From contig JABJJN010000054.1 in assembly GCA_018660835.1 (NCBI GenBank), positions 36,877 through 100,876 of the forward strand: a stretch of 64,000 nt of DNA. The letters run 5' to 3'. Below the pieces are notes generated by a model. It ran no database searches, was not told the origin of the DNA, and saw only the letters and a program-made list of their open reading frames with translations. A program made the translations under genes and the position numbers. Numbering within the stretch: the stretch's first letter is position 1; the number at the start of each line of letters is the position of its first letter. This stretch comes from Gemmatimonadota bacterium (lineage in GTDB: Bacteria > Latescibacterota > UBA2968 > UBA8231). Shown here piece by piece: positions 1 to 9,834 of the stretch.

Positions 1-2
1 TC

Positions 3-1598
3 GAGATGGAGCTCGTCGTAGCCAACGACTACAGCATCGACATCGCCTCCGATCGTCAGCGCAATGCCGATGGCGCCATCGTCTTCCTGCCCTACACCCG
101 TGCTCGGGGCAACGTCAAGGATGGCTCCAACCAGCGCGTCCTGCGTTTTGACTACGGTGTGCCGACGGCGAACCAGATCGCCGGCTTCACCGTCGAAATG
201 ACAGACCTGCAGGGCATCGACGGCTACTTCGAGATGAACGTTAACACCCGTTATCGCAAGTACCCGAACCCCCACACGAAGCGTCACACGGTGGACAGCG
301 ATCGTGCGATCGGCTGGCTCGCCAATCTGTCACATAAGAGCCACCCGTGGTTCACCTTCTTCGAAGCCTTCGGCATGGATCCCGGTTACTCGACGTCGAT
401 CGTCGCCATCGACAAGGACGAGGGGGTACCCGACTACGACAACCAGCTCGAGCGCTATGAGTTCGTCGCCGACAATGACGATGCCGATCAGTTCGCTGAC
501 CGTCGGCGCAAGGGCTCGACGGCAGGCGACCGCTACGTCTTCCCCGGCCTCGACGAGAACAACGACCGCCTCTGGGACTTCAACCAGAACGACAACGAGG
601 ACCGGCCCAACCTTCTGCCCGACTGGGAAGAGCCCTTCCTGCGCTACTACGCTGACCGGCCGGAGTTCCTGTTCGGTGTCGATGCCAACCACAACGGCAC
701 GGTGGACCGGTTCGAGAACGACGAGGAGCCCGATTACCCCTACCGGCGCGATCAGGAGGGCTACAACGTCTACGCGGGAGTGCACCTGGGACCGGATGTG
801 CGTTTCACGGTCGGTCGCATGCGGGTCAAGCAGCTCTCCGATGATCGCCACAACCGTGCCGTCTACGGTCAGCTCGCCGTCGACTTCAGGTCCTCGGCCT
901 GGGGTCGGCTGCGGCTCTTCCAGGACCTGCGTCGGGTTCGTGACACGATCCGGGACGACCTGCTGCAGTGGGTGCAGTTGCCGAACACTCGTGGGAGTCT
1001 TCGTCTCGTCATCGACGAACTGCCCGCCCAGGACACTTGGGTGAACAGCACCTGGCTCGGCTGGGAACACGAGCTGATGCGTGGCCTGAAGCTCGACAAT
1101 CGGATGAAGTGGCAGCTCTACCGCCAGCGGGAAGACAAGCTCGACCTCGAGTTGCGCGGTCACCGCCGCGCCTCGTGGTTCTACGGCCTCGTCAACAAGG
1201 CAGAGTACAGCCTGCAGCTTGGCACGTGGACCCTACAGCCCCGGTGGAAGAGCGAGTGGCTGCACGACACGCCAGTGCGCCGTTCCCTGCCACAGCGCCA
1301 CGAGCTTGACGAGTTATTCATGCTCGTCGTCCGCCACCCCATCATGCAGAAGAGCTTCGTCGAGGGCGGCGTCGAGTACCAGCTATTCAACCAGCTGAAG
1401 GACCCGGTGCCGCCGGGTGCTGAGCCCGATTTCACGGGGGTGACGACGACCGTGCAGATGACAAATCTCTCCGACTATCTCGGCTACCGGCTCACGACGA
1501 CTATTGGTCTGGAGGTCACCCGTCTCGACCTGCGCTTCGAGCCCATGCAGACACGGACCCGGGGCTTCTTGACGATCTATGCCGGCATCGAGCGTTAG
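3..1598 (+). CDS. Secreted/outer-membrane-like protein with Asp-rich Ca-binding-type repeats (5' end off window)
   Basis: The ORF stays open to the window edge. Asp/Asn-rich stretches (DNDDADQF, NQNDNEDRPN, DANHNGTVDRFENDEEPDYPY) resemble thrombospondin-type-3-like Ca-binding repeats. The C-terminal part alternates hydrophobic and polar residues like beta strands. The exact family is not recognised. Confidence 0.45.
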   Translation, partial: EMELVVANDYSIDIASDRQRNADGAIVFLPYTRARGNVKDGSNQRVLRFDYGVPTANQIAGFTVEMTDLQGIDGYFEMNVNTRYRKYPNPHTKRHTVDSDRAIGWLANLSHKSHPWFTFFEAFGMDPGYSTSIVAIDKDEGVPDYDNQLERYEFVADNDDADQFADRRRKGSTAGDRYVFPGLDENNDRLWDFNQNDNEDRPNLLPDWEEPFLRYYADRPEFLFGVDANHNGTVDRFENDEEPDYPYRRDQEGYNVYAGVHLGPDVRFTVGRMRVKQLSDDRHNRAVYGQLAVDFRSSAWGRLRLFQDLRRVRDTIRDDLLQWVQLPNTRGSLRLVIDELPAQDTWVNSTWLGWEHELMRGLKLDNRMKWQLYRQREDKLDLELRGHRRASWFYGLVNKAEYSLQLGTWTLQPRWKSEWLHDTPVRRSLPQRHELDELFMLVVRHPIMQKSFVEGGVEYQLFNQLKDPVPPGAEPDFTGVTTTVQMTNLSDYLGYRLTTTIGLEVTRLDLRFEPMQTRTRGFLTIYAGIER

Positions 1599-1605
1599 GA
1601 GTCAA

Positions 1606-2994
1606 ATGACGTCGACGCGCGCACCCGTGTCCCGCATCCTGGTCCTTGTCCTGCTGGCTCTCGCTCTGCAAGCTCTCGTCGGCTGCAACGGTGACGGCTC
1701 GGCGCCGGCCCCGGTGGCACCGCCGGACCCGGGTCCCTCGCCGTTCGTTGATCCAGCACTCACGCAGGCCGTGCGCGGCGCCCTCGGCCTCGACGCTCAC
1801 GAGCAGTTTGTTGCGGCCCACCTCGACACGCTCAGCCAGCTGGTTGCCCGCGGTCAGGCCATCACGAGTCTGGAGGGTCTCGACACGCTGGAGGCCCTGC
1901 AGGTGCTCGACGTCGGCGACAATCTCATTGGCGACCTCGAACCACTCTCGGGTCTGACGCAGCTCACGCGGCTCGACGTCAGCAGCAACGCGGTGACATC
2001 GCTGACGCCACTGCGCACGGTGCGCAGCCTGCAGATCGTGTTCGTCGAGCACAATCTGGTCACCGATGTGTCGCCGCTGTTCTTCCTGCCCTTGCTGGAG
2101 CGGGTTGACCTCTCCGGCAACCCGGTGCCGGCCGCCGACCTGCGGCGCTTGTCGGAGCGCGGTGCCGAGGTGCGTTACAGTGGCCTGCTGGAGATTGCTG
2201 TACTCTGCGACGAGCCACCCGTCGTGCGCAGTGGACGGTTGACCATCGAGCGCCTGTTCGATCTGCTCAAACTCCCCAATGCCAACCGTTGCCTGGAGAT
2301 TGAGGGAAGCCTGACCCTGTCGAACTTACCGCTGGCGAACCTGCAGGACTTGAGCACCCTGCGGCGTGTGGATGGGCCGCTCCGTATCCAGCGTAATGCG
2401 CTGTTGGTGGAGATCTCCGCGTTGACGAGTCTGTCGGAGGTGACTGGGGGCGTGCAGATCAGCCAGAACCCCCTTCTCGAGAGCCTCGACGGCCTCAAGG
2501 CACTGGGCACGATCGGTGGCCGCCTGCAGATCCTCAACAATGCCGCGCTGGCTGACCTCGGTAGCTTCAGCAACCTCGGTCAGTCCAACGGCATCACCAT
2601 CAGCGGCAACCCCAACCTGCAGAGCATCGCTGGACTCGAGGCAGTGGAGCAGGTTCTCGGCTCCGTCGTCCTCAACGCCGCCGGTGTCACGTCGCTCGAG
2701 GGGCTGCACAATCTGCGCACTATTCAGGCAGGCGTTCTCAGTATAGCGAACAATCCCGTCCTATCTGATCTCCGCGGTCTGCGCAGCCTGGAGACGGTCT
2801 CCGGGGGGGTGACTATCCGCGGCAACGCCAGCCTGCAGACCCTGGATGGGCTCGATCCGGGCCGCGTTGGCGGCCGCGTTGCCATCGAGAACAACCCGAG
2901 ACTCTCCAGCACGGCTGTGAACGACTTCGAAGAACGTCTGCGCCAGCGCGGCTTCGACGGTACGTTCAGCAACCGTAACAACGGCGATTTCTAG
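1606..2994 (+). CDS. Leucine-rich-repeat lipoprotein with two repeat classes
   Basis: ATG at 1606 is preceded by AGGAG. There is a signal peptide with lipobox (LQALVGC). The N-terminal part has about 22-aa LRRs (LDVGDNLIGDLEPLSGLTQLTRLDVSSNAVTSLTPL). About nine longer repeats of the receptor-L/BspA-like type follow (L.SL.GL..L..IGG.L.I.NN..L). Confidence 0.7.
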   Translation: MTSTRAPVSRILVLVLLALALQALVGCNGDGSAPAPVAPPDPGPSPFVDPALTQAVRGALGLDAHEQFVAAHLDTLSQLVARGQAITSLEGLDTLEALQVLDVGDNLIGDLEPLSGLTQLTRLDVSSNAVTSLTPLRTVRSLQIVFVEHNLVTDVSPLFFLPLLERVDLSGNPVPAADLRRLSERGAEVRYSGLLEIAVLCDEPPVVRSGRLTIERLFDLLKLPNANRCLEIEGSLTLSNLPLANLQDLSTLRRVDGPLRIQRNALLVEISALTSLSEVTGGVQISQNPLLESLDGLKALGTIGGRLQILNNAALADLGSFSNLGQSNGITISGNPNLQSIAGLEAVEQVLGSVVLNAAGVTSLEGLHNLRTIQAGVLSIANNPVLSDLRGLRSLETVSGGVTIRGNASLQTLDGLDPGRVGGRVAIENNPRLSSTAVNDFEERLRQRGFDGTFSNRNNGDF

Positions 2995-3165
2995 CGTTCC
3001 TCCGGTCGCCGGCCCATCGCGCCCTCGCCTCGTCGCACCCCCGATTCCAGCAACTTCGAACTTGACGCCGGGCCCATCCGGGCCGTTCGTGGGCACCGGT
3101 GCATCCAACTAGAGGGCGCTGATCCCGGCGTAAGATCACACTCACTTCGAGGTTGAGGACTGACG

Positions 3166-6100
3166 ATGCACCGATCTGTCCGTGCGCTCATTTTGTGCTC
3201 CGCGCTGCCCGCCGCGCTGTCGGCCCAGATGCAGTTTTCCGACCAGGCGCTGGCCGCCGGTGTCGCCGATGAGGGGGAGGCCAATGGCGCTGCCTTCGGT
3301 GACTTCAGCGGCGACGGGTTGCCGGATCTGTTCGTCGCACGATTGGGACGCAGTGCGCGACCGTTGCTCTACCGCAACGAGGGGGATGGGACCTTTGCCA
3401 CCGCCGATTTGAATGGCGTGTCTTCCGGCTCAACCATGGGCGGGGTCTTCGTCGACTACGACTCCGATGGCGATCTTGATCTGTATACCATCAGCTTCTT
3501 CCGTCCTAATCAACTCTTCGAAAATGTGGATGGGCGCCTGATCCTCGCCGACGATGCGCTCACCGATCCAGGGGCCTCAACGGGCGCCGCTTTTGCCGAT
3601 TACGACCGCGATGGCAGGGTGGACCTGTTCACGACGCATCGTGGCGCCAATGCAAACCAGTACTGGAGCAGGCCGGACCAGGCCGGCTTTGTCGAACTAA
3701 GCGATTTCCACAGCACGCTGGGCTCGGGCAGAGACAGCTTTGGCGGGCTGCCTTTCGACTATGACTCGGACGGTGATGTCGATATCTACGTGAGCAACTG
3801 GGGCTTTGCCAACCTGCTGTTTAGCAATCAGGGACGGGGCAGCTTTCTACAGGTCGCCAGGGAGGCGGGGCTCAGCGACGAGGGGTGGTCGATCCTGAGC
3901 CTGCCAGCGGACTACGACAACGATGGTGATCTCGATCTCTACACTCTGCGCAGCCAAGGCCAGGCGAGCAGTCTGTACATGAACGAGGTTGGACGATTCG
4001 TCGACGTCGAAGCAGGTGTCGGCGGGACCGTCAGTGCTACCGGCGGGGCGTGGGCCGACTTCGACAGCGACGGCGATGTGGATCTACTGGTGTCCACCGC
4101 GGGAACGACGGCGCTCTATGAAAACCAGCGAGATGGTACGTTTGCCGACGTCGGTTCGGCGTCACTGCCCGCCGCCGCCCTCGCAGCCGGACTGACAGGT
4201 GGGGTGGCCACGGCCGACTACGACGCGGATGGCGACATCGATGCATTCATCGGCCACCTCGAAGCAGCGGATCTGCTCCTGCGTAACGACGCATCCGCCT
4301 CCGGACGCTGGCTGCAGGTGGAGTTGGTCGGACGACCCGGACAGACCGTGCTCGGGAGCCGTGTACGGGTGCACTCCGACGATAGCGTTCAACTGCGCGA
4401 GTACGTCGTGTCCACGCAGATCGGCACGGCCTCGGGTCACGAGCTGCACTTTGGCCTCGGTGACAACGAGCAGGTCGAACTCGACATCCACTGGGCGTCG
4501 GGGCAGCAGCAGACGCTTCCAAGCATCGCCGCCAACCAGCGCCTGCGTCTGCGCGAACCGGTTCCCGGACGGGATCTGAGAATCGACACGGTCACAGAAC
4601 CGAGTCATGCACCGGGTTGGCGGCCGCTGGCGTTCGAAGTGATGGTCAGCAATGTGGGCGTCGCCCCGGTCGGCGGCACCGGTCTCACTGCCCGCGTCGA
4701 GGTTCACGATCGCGTGCAGTACGAACAGCGGCTCGAGGTCCCCACCCTTGCCCCGGGTGAGTCGGTGCCGCTGCGATTCCCGGTGTGGTCGCCCGCGATG
4801 GCAGGGGAGCACCGTTTCACCTTCGCCCTGGACGTCGATGACGACGTGGCTGCCAACAACCACTGGGTGCGGGCCCATTCCCTGCACGACTTCGACGACG
4901 TCGCCTCACAGCGAGGTGTGGCTGACACCGGTCCGGGTTTTGCCGCTGCCTGGGCTGACTACGACCGCGACGGCGACCTCGACCTGTACGTATCCAACGG
5001 CGCAACGGCGGGCGACGCGGCCAACGTCCTGTACCGCAACGACGGCGACACCGGATTCACCGACGTTGCCCTGGCGAGCGGTGTCGCCGACGACGGCAAT
5101 GGCACGGCGGCGGTCTTTGCCGACTTCAACAGCGACGGTTGGGAAGATCTGTTCATCTCCAAGGGGGGATTCAACACCCAGGGACAGGCGAACCGACTCT
5201 TCCACAATAACCACGACGGCACCTTTGCCGATGTGTCGGCTGCGGCAGGACTCGATGTGGTGCTGTCGAGTTATTCGGCGGCGGCAGGCGACTACGACCA
5301 GGACGGTTACACCGATCTCTACGTCTCGCAGTTTCGCGGGCAGCCCAATCAGCTCTACCGTAACGACGGCAATGGCGGCTTCGAAGAGGTCGGCATTGGT
5401 AGCGGGATCGTCAGCTTCTTCAACTACGGCGGCAGTGCGGCCTCCTTCGCCGACTACGACGCAGATGGGGACGTGGACCTATACGCGAGCATCTTCGGCA
5501 CCTTCGACAGGTTCTACGCCGACGTGGGTGCAGCGCAGTTCGGCGTCTCGGAGGTCGGCAACGAGGGGGATGCCGTGGGCATCACATCGGGGGACTACGA
5601 CAACGACGGCGACCTCGATGTTTACGTCATCAACCAGAGCCGGCGCAGCACGCTGTCCCGCAACGATCTCGAAACCTCCGCCTTCGTCGACGTCGGCGAG
5701 GAGAGTGGCACCGAAAATCTGGCCCTCGGAGCTGGCTGTGCCTTCGGGGATTTTGATGCCGACGGTGATCTGGATCTGTTCGTCGTCAATGGGGGCTCCG
5801 CGGACCGGGTGTTCATGAACCGGGGCGACGGCAGCTTCGTCGATATGGCCGCCGCCTTCGGCATGGCGGACACGTCCTGGGCGTGGGCCGTGACGCTGGC
5901 CGACTACGACAACGACGGCGATCTCGACGTTTACGTGGTCAACGAGAGGTCGGCGAACCGGCTCTACGACAATCGCAGCAACCACAACAATTGGCTGCAG
6001 GTGGGGCTTCGGGGTGTGGAGAGCAACACCGAGGCACTGAGTGCGCGCCTGCAGCTGTACGCCGGGGAGCGTGCGTGGACGCGCGTCGTCAACGCAACGT

Positions 6101-6567
6101 CGGGTATGTCGCACAGCAGTCGCGTCGTGCACTTCGGGCTGGGACAGACGACACGGTTGGATTCGCTGCTGGTGCAATGGCCGCGGGGGCTCACCGAGCG
6201 CTTCGTTGATGTGCCCGTCAACAGCCGGCTGGCGGTGGTGGAGGGGCAGGTGCTGACGGCGGTGCAAGAGACAACCGGTGACGTGCCCGGGGCCTTCGCG
6301 CTGGCGTCGAACTTCCCGAACCCCTTCAACGCCGAGACGAGCATCCACTACAAAGTGGGTGTGGCGGGCATGGTGCGGCTGGAGGTTTTCAATACGCTGG
6401 GACAGAAGATTAGGGGGCTCGTGGAAGGGGAGAGCGGGCCGGGGTCGTACGAGGTGCTGTGGAACGGCCGCGACGACGCGGGGCAAGTGGTCGGCAGCGG
6501 CGTGTATTTCTATCGGTTGCAGAGCGGCGGCAAGGTGTTGATGCGGTCACTGGTCCTGCTGAAGTAG
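3166..6567 (+). CDS. CRTAC1-like FG-GAP/VCBS repeat protein with two ASPIC/UnbV modules, a CARDB-like domain and a T9SS C-terminal sorting domain
   Basis: Signal peptide present. Many D.D.DGD.D FG-GAP/VCBS repeats (FGDFSGDGLPDLFV, ADYDNDGDLDLYT). Two UnbV/ASPIC-like segments (GRWLQVELVGR...HFGLGD...IHWASG and NNWLQVGLRG...HFGLGQ...VQWPRG). The C-terminus FPNPFNAETSIHY...GVYFYRLQSGGKVLMRSLVLLK is typical of the T9SS type-A sorting domain. Confidence 0.85.
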   Translation: MHRSVRALILCSALPAALSAQMQFSDQALAAGVADEGEANGAAFGDFSGDGLPDLFVARLGRSARPLLYRNEGDGTFATADLNGVSSGSTMGGVFVDYDSDGDLDLYTISFFRPNQLFENVDGRLILADDALTDPGASTGAAFADYDRDGRVDLFTTHRGANANQYWSRPDQAGFVELSDFHSTLGSGRDSFGGLPFDYDSDGDVDIYVSNWGFANLLFSNQGRGSFLQVAREAGLSDEGWSILSLPADYDNDGDLDLYTLRSQGQASSLYMNEVGRFVDVEAGVGGTVSATGGAWADFDSDGDVDLLVSTAGTTALYENQRDGTFADVGSASLPAAALAAGLTGGVATADYDADGDIDAFIGHLEAADLLLRNDASASGRWLQVELVGRPGQTVLGSRVRVHSDDSVQLREYVVSTQIGTASGHELHFGLGDNEQVELDIHWASGQQQTLPSIAANQRLRLREPVPGRDLRIDTVTEPSHAPGWRPLAFEVMVSNVGVAPVGGTGLTARVEVHDRVQYEQRLEVPTLAPGESVPLRFPVWSPAMAGEHRFTFALDVDDDVAANNHWVRAHSLHDFDDVASQRGVADTGPGFAAAWADYDRDGDLDLYVSNGATAGDAANVLYRNDGDTGFTDVALASGVADDGNGTAAVFADFNSDGWEDLFISKGGFNTQGQANRLFHNNHDGTFADVSAAAGLDVVLSSYSAAAGDYDQDGYTDLYVSQFRGQPNQLYRNDGNGGFEEVGIGSGIVSFFNYGGSAASFADYDADGDVDLYASIFGTFDRFYADVGAAQFGVSEVGNEGDAVGITSGDYDNDGDLDVYVINQSRRSTLSRNDLETSAFVDVGEESGTENLALGAGCAFGDFDADGDLDLFVVNGGSADRVFMNRGDGSFVDMAAAFGMADTSWAWAVTLADYDNDGDLDVYVVNERSANRLYDNRSNHNNWLQVGLRGVESNTEALSARLQLYAGERAWTRVVNATSGMSHSSRVVHFGLGQTTRLDSLLVQWPRGLTERFVDVPVNSRLAVVEGQVLTAVQETTGDVPGAFALASNFPNPFNAETSIHYKVGVAGMVRLEVFNTLGQKIRGLVEGESGPGSYEVLWNGRDDAGQVVGSGVYFYRLQSGGKVLMRSLVLLK

Positions 6568-6750
6568 CAGACAGATCTTGGGGCGCGCAGCACACACTAC
6601 GCGACGCCGTCGAGAGCCTACAGTCGCAGAGGCTCGGCTGCACCCGACGGGATGCGACGGCACGCCTTATTTTACTATTCTCGGTACGGCGCCAGCGCAG
6701 TCGCGCCCTTTCCGCCGGTAGACGAACTCAAAATGCTACGGTAACACGCA

Positions 6751-8042
6751 ATGTCTGATACGAAGAATTCGCACGTCTTTCTCCTGGCGGGATTGTTGTT
6801 TCTGCTCTCAGGAGCAACCTCCCTCGTATACGAGGTGGCGTGGGTAAAGCTGCTGACGCTGCATATGGGGAGCGCGTCCTGGTCTATCGCCACCGTGTTG
6901 GCCAGCTTCATGGCCGGTCTGGGCAGTGGCAGTGCGTGGGCCGGGCGTCGCGCCGAGCGGTTCCGTCGTCCGCTCCTGGCCTACGGATTGATTGAGCTGG
7001 GCATTGCCGCCTTTGGTGCGTTGTCAGCGCCCATTTTGCGCTACACCTCGCAACTGCTCGATCCGCTCTATGGACTGATTGACGGACAGTTCGCGCTGTT
7101 TCTGGTGATGCAGTTCTTCGTCAGTTTCTTTTCACTCGCCATCCCCACTTTTTTGATGGGCGCCTCGCTCCCCATCCTGATCACCGCCCTCGCGCCGCAG
7201 GACACATTTCGCCAGCGCGTCGCCGTGCTCTATGGGATCAATACTCTCGGCGCAGCGCTGGGCACGCTTGCAGCAGGAGTCTTTCTGCTGCCCGCACTCG
7301 GCATTGTGAATACGCTGTATGTCGCCGCCGGTGCCGGTGTGGTGGTCGCTCTGGGTGCCTTTGCCCTCGATCGGCATTCCCCATCGACCCAGCCTGCTGC
7401 AGTACGGGTAGCGCCTGCGGTCAAAGCCGAGCGCACCGTGCCGCTGCCGCATCTGCTGCTGTGGACCATTGGCTTGGCCGGCTCCCTCGGGGTCGGCTAC
7501 CAGATCGCCTGGACGCGTCTGCTCGTGCCGGTCGTCGGCTCCTCTGTCTACGCCTTTACGATTATTCTCACAACGGTGTTGCTGGGCATTGGCGTAGGGG
7601 CGCTGCTGGCCGCTCTACCGCGCTCGCGCGACGCATCCTACCATCGCGTGGTCGGGTTGGCCATGGGGCTGGGCGCCTGCTCGTCAGTTGCCGGACTCTT
7701 TGCCGTCAACAGGCTCCCCGACATGTTTGCGGCGCTGGCTCAGTGGGGGGCGATACGACGTGGTTACTTTTCCTGTGTCAGGGTCTGCTGACAGCCTGCG
7801 TTCTGTTTGTGCCGGCCTGTTCGCTGGGCGCAGCGCTACCGTTGGGCATCGCCGGCTGGCGTAGCGCCGCTGGCTCGACGGGCTGGGCGGTAGGTGGCAT
7901 GTATGCGGTCAATACCCTCGGCGCCATCGCTGGTTCGCTCCTGGCCGGATTCGTTCTGCTGCCTCTGATGGGTGCGACGCAGTTGGTGGTGGCAGGTGCC
8001 GCATTGGGTGTGGTATCGGCCGTCGCCCTGCTGCTGTCGTAG
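6751..8042 (+). pseudogene. Multi-TM domain of a fused spermidine-synthase-like protein, interrupted by a frameshift at a G6 run
   Basis: Two overlapping hydrophobic ORFs (6751-7791 in frame 1, and the meaningful part of 7461-8042 in frame 0) carry the same motif (YGINTLGAALGTLAAGVFLLP and YAVNTLGAIAGSLLAGFVLLP). Sensible sequence switches frame exactly at GGGGGG 7745-7750. One extra G would give ...FAALAQWGGDTTWLLFLCQGLL.... Confidence 0.55.
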
Positions 8043-8102
8043 CCAAACACGCAACCCTCGACCGCGTGGGGGCAAGCTGGTGCGCTCGTTGCACTTTTTG
8101 CC

Positions 8103-9728
8103 GTGAGCGTTGTGACCGTTCCAGACACTGACATTGCGCGCTTGCAGCGCGGCGTTTTTCGCGGCATCCAGGCTGGATCCGTATCGTCCGAGTCGAAAAC
8201 GACGCTCCTGTACGCCGAGGAAGGCACGAGCGCGACGGTGACCATTTTTCGCACGCCCAACTCGACCGTGCTCAAAGTGAACGGCAAGGCCGACGCTTCG
8301 ACGGGGGGCGATATGGACACGCAGTATCTCATCGCCCATATGCCACTGCTGATGCACCCGTCGGCTCGCACGACTTGCATTATCGGCTACGGCAGCGGTG
8401 CCACAGTGCACGCAGTCGCCACGTATCCTACGGTTGAGCAGATCGACGTCGTGGAAATCGAGCAGGCCGTGCTCAATGTCTCACCCTATTTCCACTCTAT
8501 CAACAATCAGGTCCTCGACGATGCGCGCGTGCACGTCTTTATGGAAGACGGGCGCAGTTTCTTGCGCCGCCGGGATGCGGCCTACGACATCATCATATCG
8601 CAGCCGTCCAATCCGTGGATTGCCGGAATCGGTTCGCTCTTTACCACCGAATATTACGAGTCGGTGCAGGAGCGACTGCGGCCCAATGGACTGTTCTGCC
8701 AGTGGATTCAGACCTATGAAATCTCGGCGGCTACGCGCCAGGCCATGCTCCACACATTGACCGGTGTCTTTCCCTATGTGACCGTCTTTTCAATCGACGG
8801 CGACCTGATCTGCCTGGCGGCGAATGAGCCACTGCAGGGATCGGTCGAAGACATGGTAGAACGGTCCTCTGTCGAATCGGTCGCTCGTTCGCTGGCGCGG
8901 ATTCAAATGCAAGAGCCCTTCGATCTTTTTGCCAGTGCCTACGCGCAGTTTCCGACGCAGGCTGAGCCCTTTTCCTCAGGCGTGCGCAATACGGATGACA
9001 ACCTCTGGCTGGAGTATCGCGCCCCGGTCGAAATGTATCGGGGCACAAACGAGCCTCTCGCGCCCGTCGACGACAAGGTCTTCAGGCAGATATTGGATGG
9101 ACTCTTTGTCGACGTAAAAGGGGAAGCGGGTCTGTCGCGGGCAGCGCGCAGCATTGTGCACCGCTACCCCGAGCGCCACTATCTGCTAGGCGCTCTGACG
9201 CAGCACACTGACCTCTCTGCTGACCTGAGGCAGGATCTGCGCGCGCGCGGTGAAGAGGCGCTGGAAATGCACAGTGCACGCCAGCAGAATGAAGCACGCT
9301 TTGCCCAGGCCAATGCGCATGTACGCGCCCGACGCTACGCCGATGCCGCTCCACTATACGAGGCGATTCTCGCCAATGCCACGGATGATATTGCCGCGCA
9401 TCGCATGCTGGCCTGGTCGCTGTCACGGCTGGGGCAGCACAGCAGCGCGTGGGGACACTACGAGCGGGCCCTCGAGCTCAATCCTGACGATTTTGAATCG
9501 TTGACCAATATGGCTGCCATCACACTGTCGAAGGGTAGGGCAGACGGGGTAGGCTACCTCGACCGCGCCCTGCAGGCCAACCCCCATCATACCACGGCCT
9601 ACCGCATCTACGTGCAGTATCTGCGCGATCAGGGGCGCGATGCGGACGCGCACGAACTGGCAGGGCGTGCGCGCGAGCAGTTGAGTGCAGAGGAAGCAGA
9701 GGCGATCGAACAGCTTCTTCGTCGGTGA
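8103..9728 (+). CDS. Spermidine synthase-like (PABS fold) domain protein with C-terminal TPR repeats
   Basis: Class-I methyltransferase/PABS-like motifs are present (CIIGYGSGATVHAV, VDVVEIEQAV, DIIISQPSNPW). The C-terminal part has TPR-like repeats (AWGHYERALELNPDDFESLTNMA). It is in the same frame as the upstream membrane ORF, separated only by TAG 8040-8042 and 60 nt that encode a TM-like segment. Confidence 0.7.
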   Translation: MSVVTVPDTDIARLQRGVFRGIQAGSVSSESKTTLLYAEEGTSATVTIFRTPNSTVLKVNGKADASTGGDMDTQYLIAHMPLLMHPSARTTCIIGYGSGATVHAVATYPTVEQIDVVEIEQAVLNVSPYFHSINNQVLDDARVHVFMEDGRSFLRRRDAAYDIIISQPSNPWIAGIGSLFTTEYYESVQERLRPNGLFCQWIQTYEISAATRQAMLHTLTGVFPYVTVFSIDGDLICLAANEPLQGSVEDMVERSSVESVARSLARIQMQEPFDLFASAYAQFPTQAEPFSSGVRNTDDNLWLEYRAPVEMYRGTNEPLAPVDDKVFRQILDGLFVDVKGEAGLSRAARSIVHRYPERHYLLGALTQHTDLSADLRQDLRARGEEALEMHSARQQNEARFAQANAHVRARRYADAAPLYEAILANATDDIAAHRMLAWSLSRLGQHSSAWGHYERALELNPDDFESLTNMAAITLSKGRADGVGYLDRALQANPHHTTAYRIYVQYLRDQGRDADAHELAGRAREQLSAEEAEAIEQLLRR

Positions 9729-9834
9729 TCTGATGCCCTCCAGGGTGAGGCTGCCACCTATATGCGTTTAGGGTGCTATTTCACGGACGGTGGAGAAGAG
9801 GAACAGTATTCTCTGCTGCAGGAGGTCCCATGTG

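Noticed and set aside
330-1163. Long antisense or alternate-frame ORFs throughout the window (for example 330-1163 -, 4162-4887 -, 5479-6486 -, 40249-41130 +, 44195-45157 +, 47732-48706 +, 52124-53167 +, 33888-34775 +).
   Set aside because: They are shadow ORFs typical of GC-rich DNA. Their translations are Arg/Pro/Gly/Ala-rich and low in complexity, they fully overlap ORFs with clear family motifs on the other strand or frame, and they contain no recognisable domains.
8040-8042. Programmed TAG read-through or pyrrolysine recoding in the spermidine-synthase-like gene.
   Set aside because: TAG terminates several clearly complete neighbouring genes (for example at 1598, 2994, 6567 and 13584). 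No pyl genes are present, and the same gene also carries a frameshift. A nonsense mutation or split gene is the simpler explanation.
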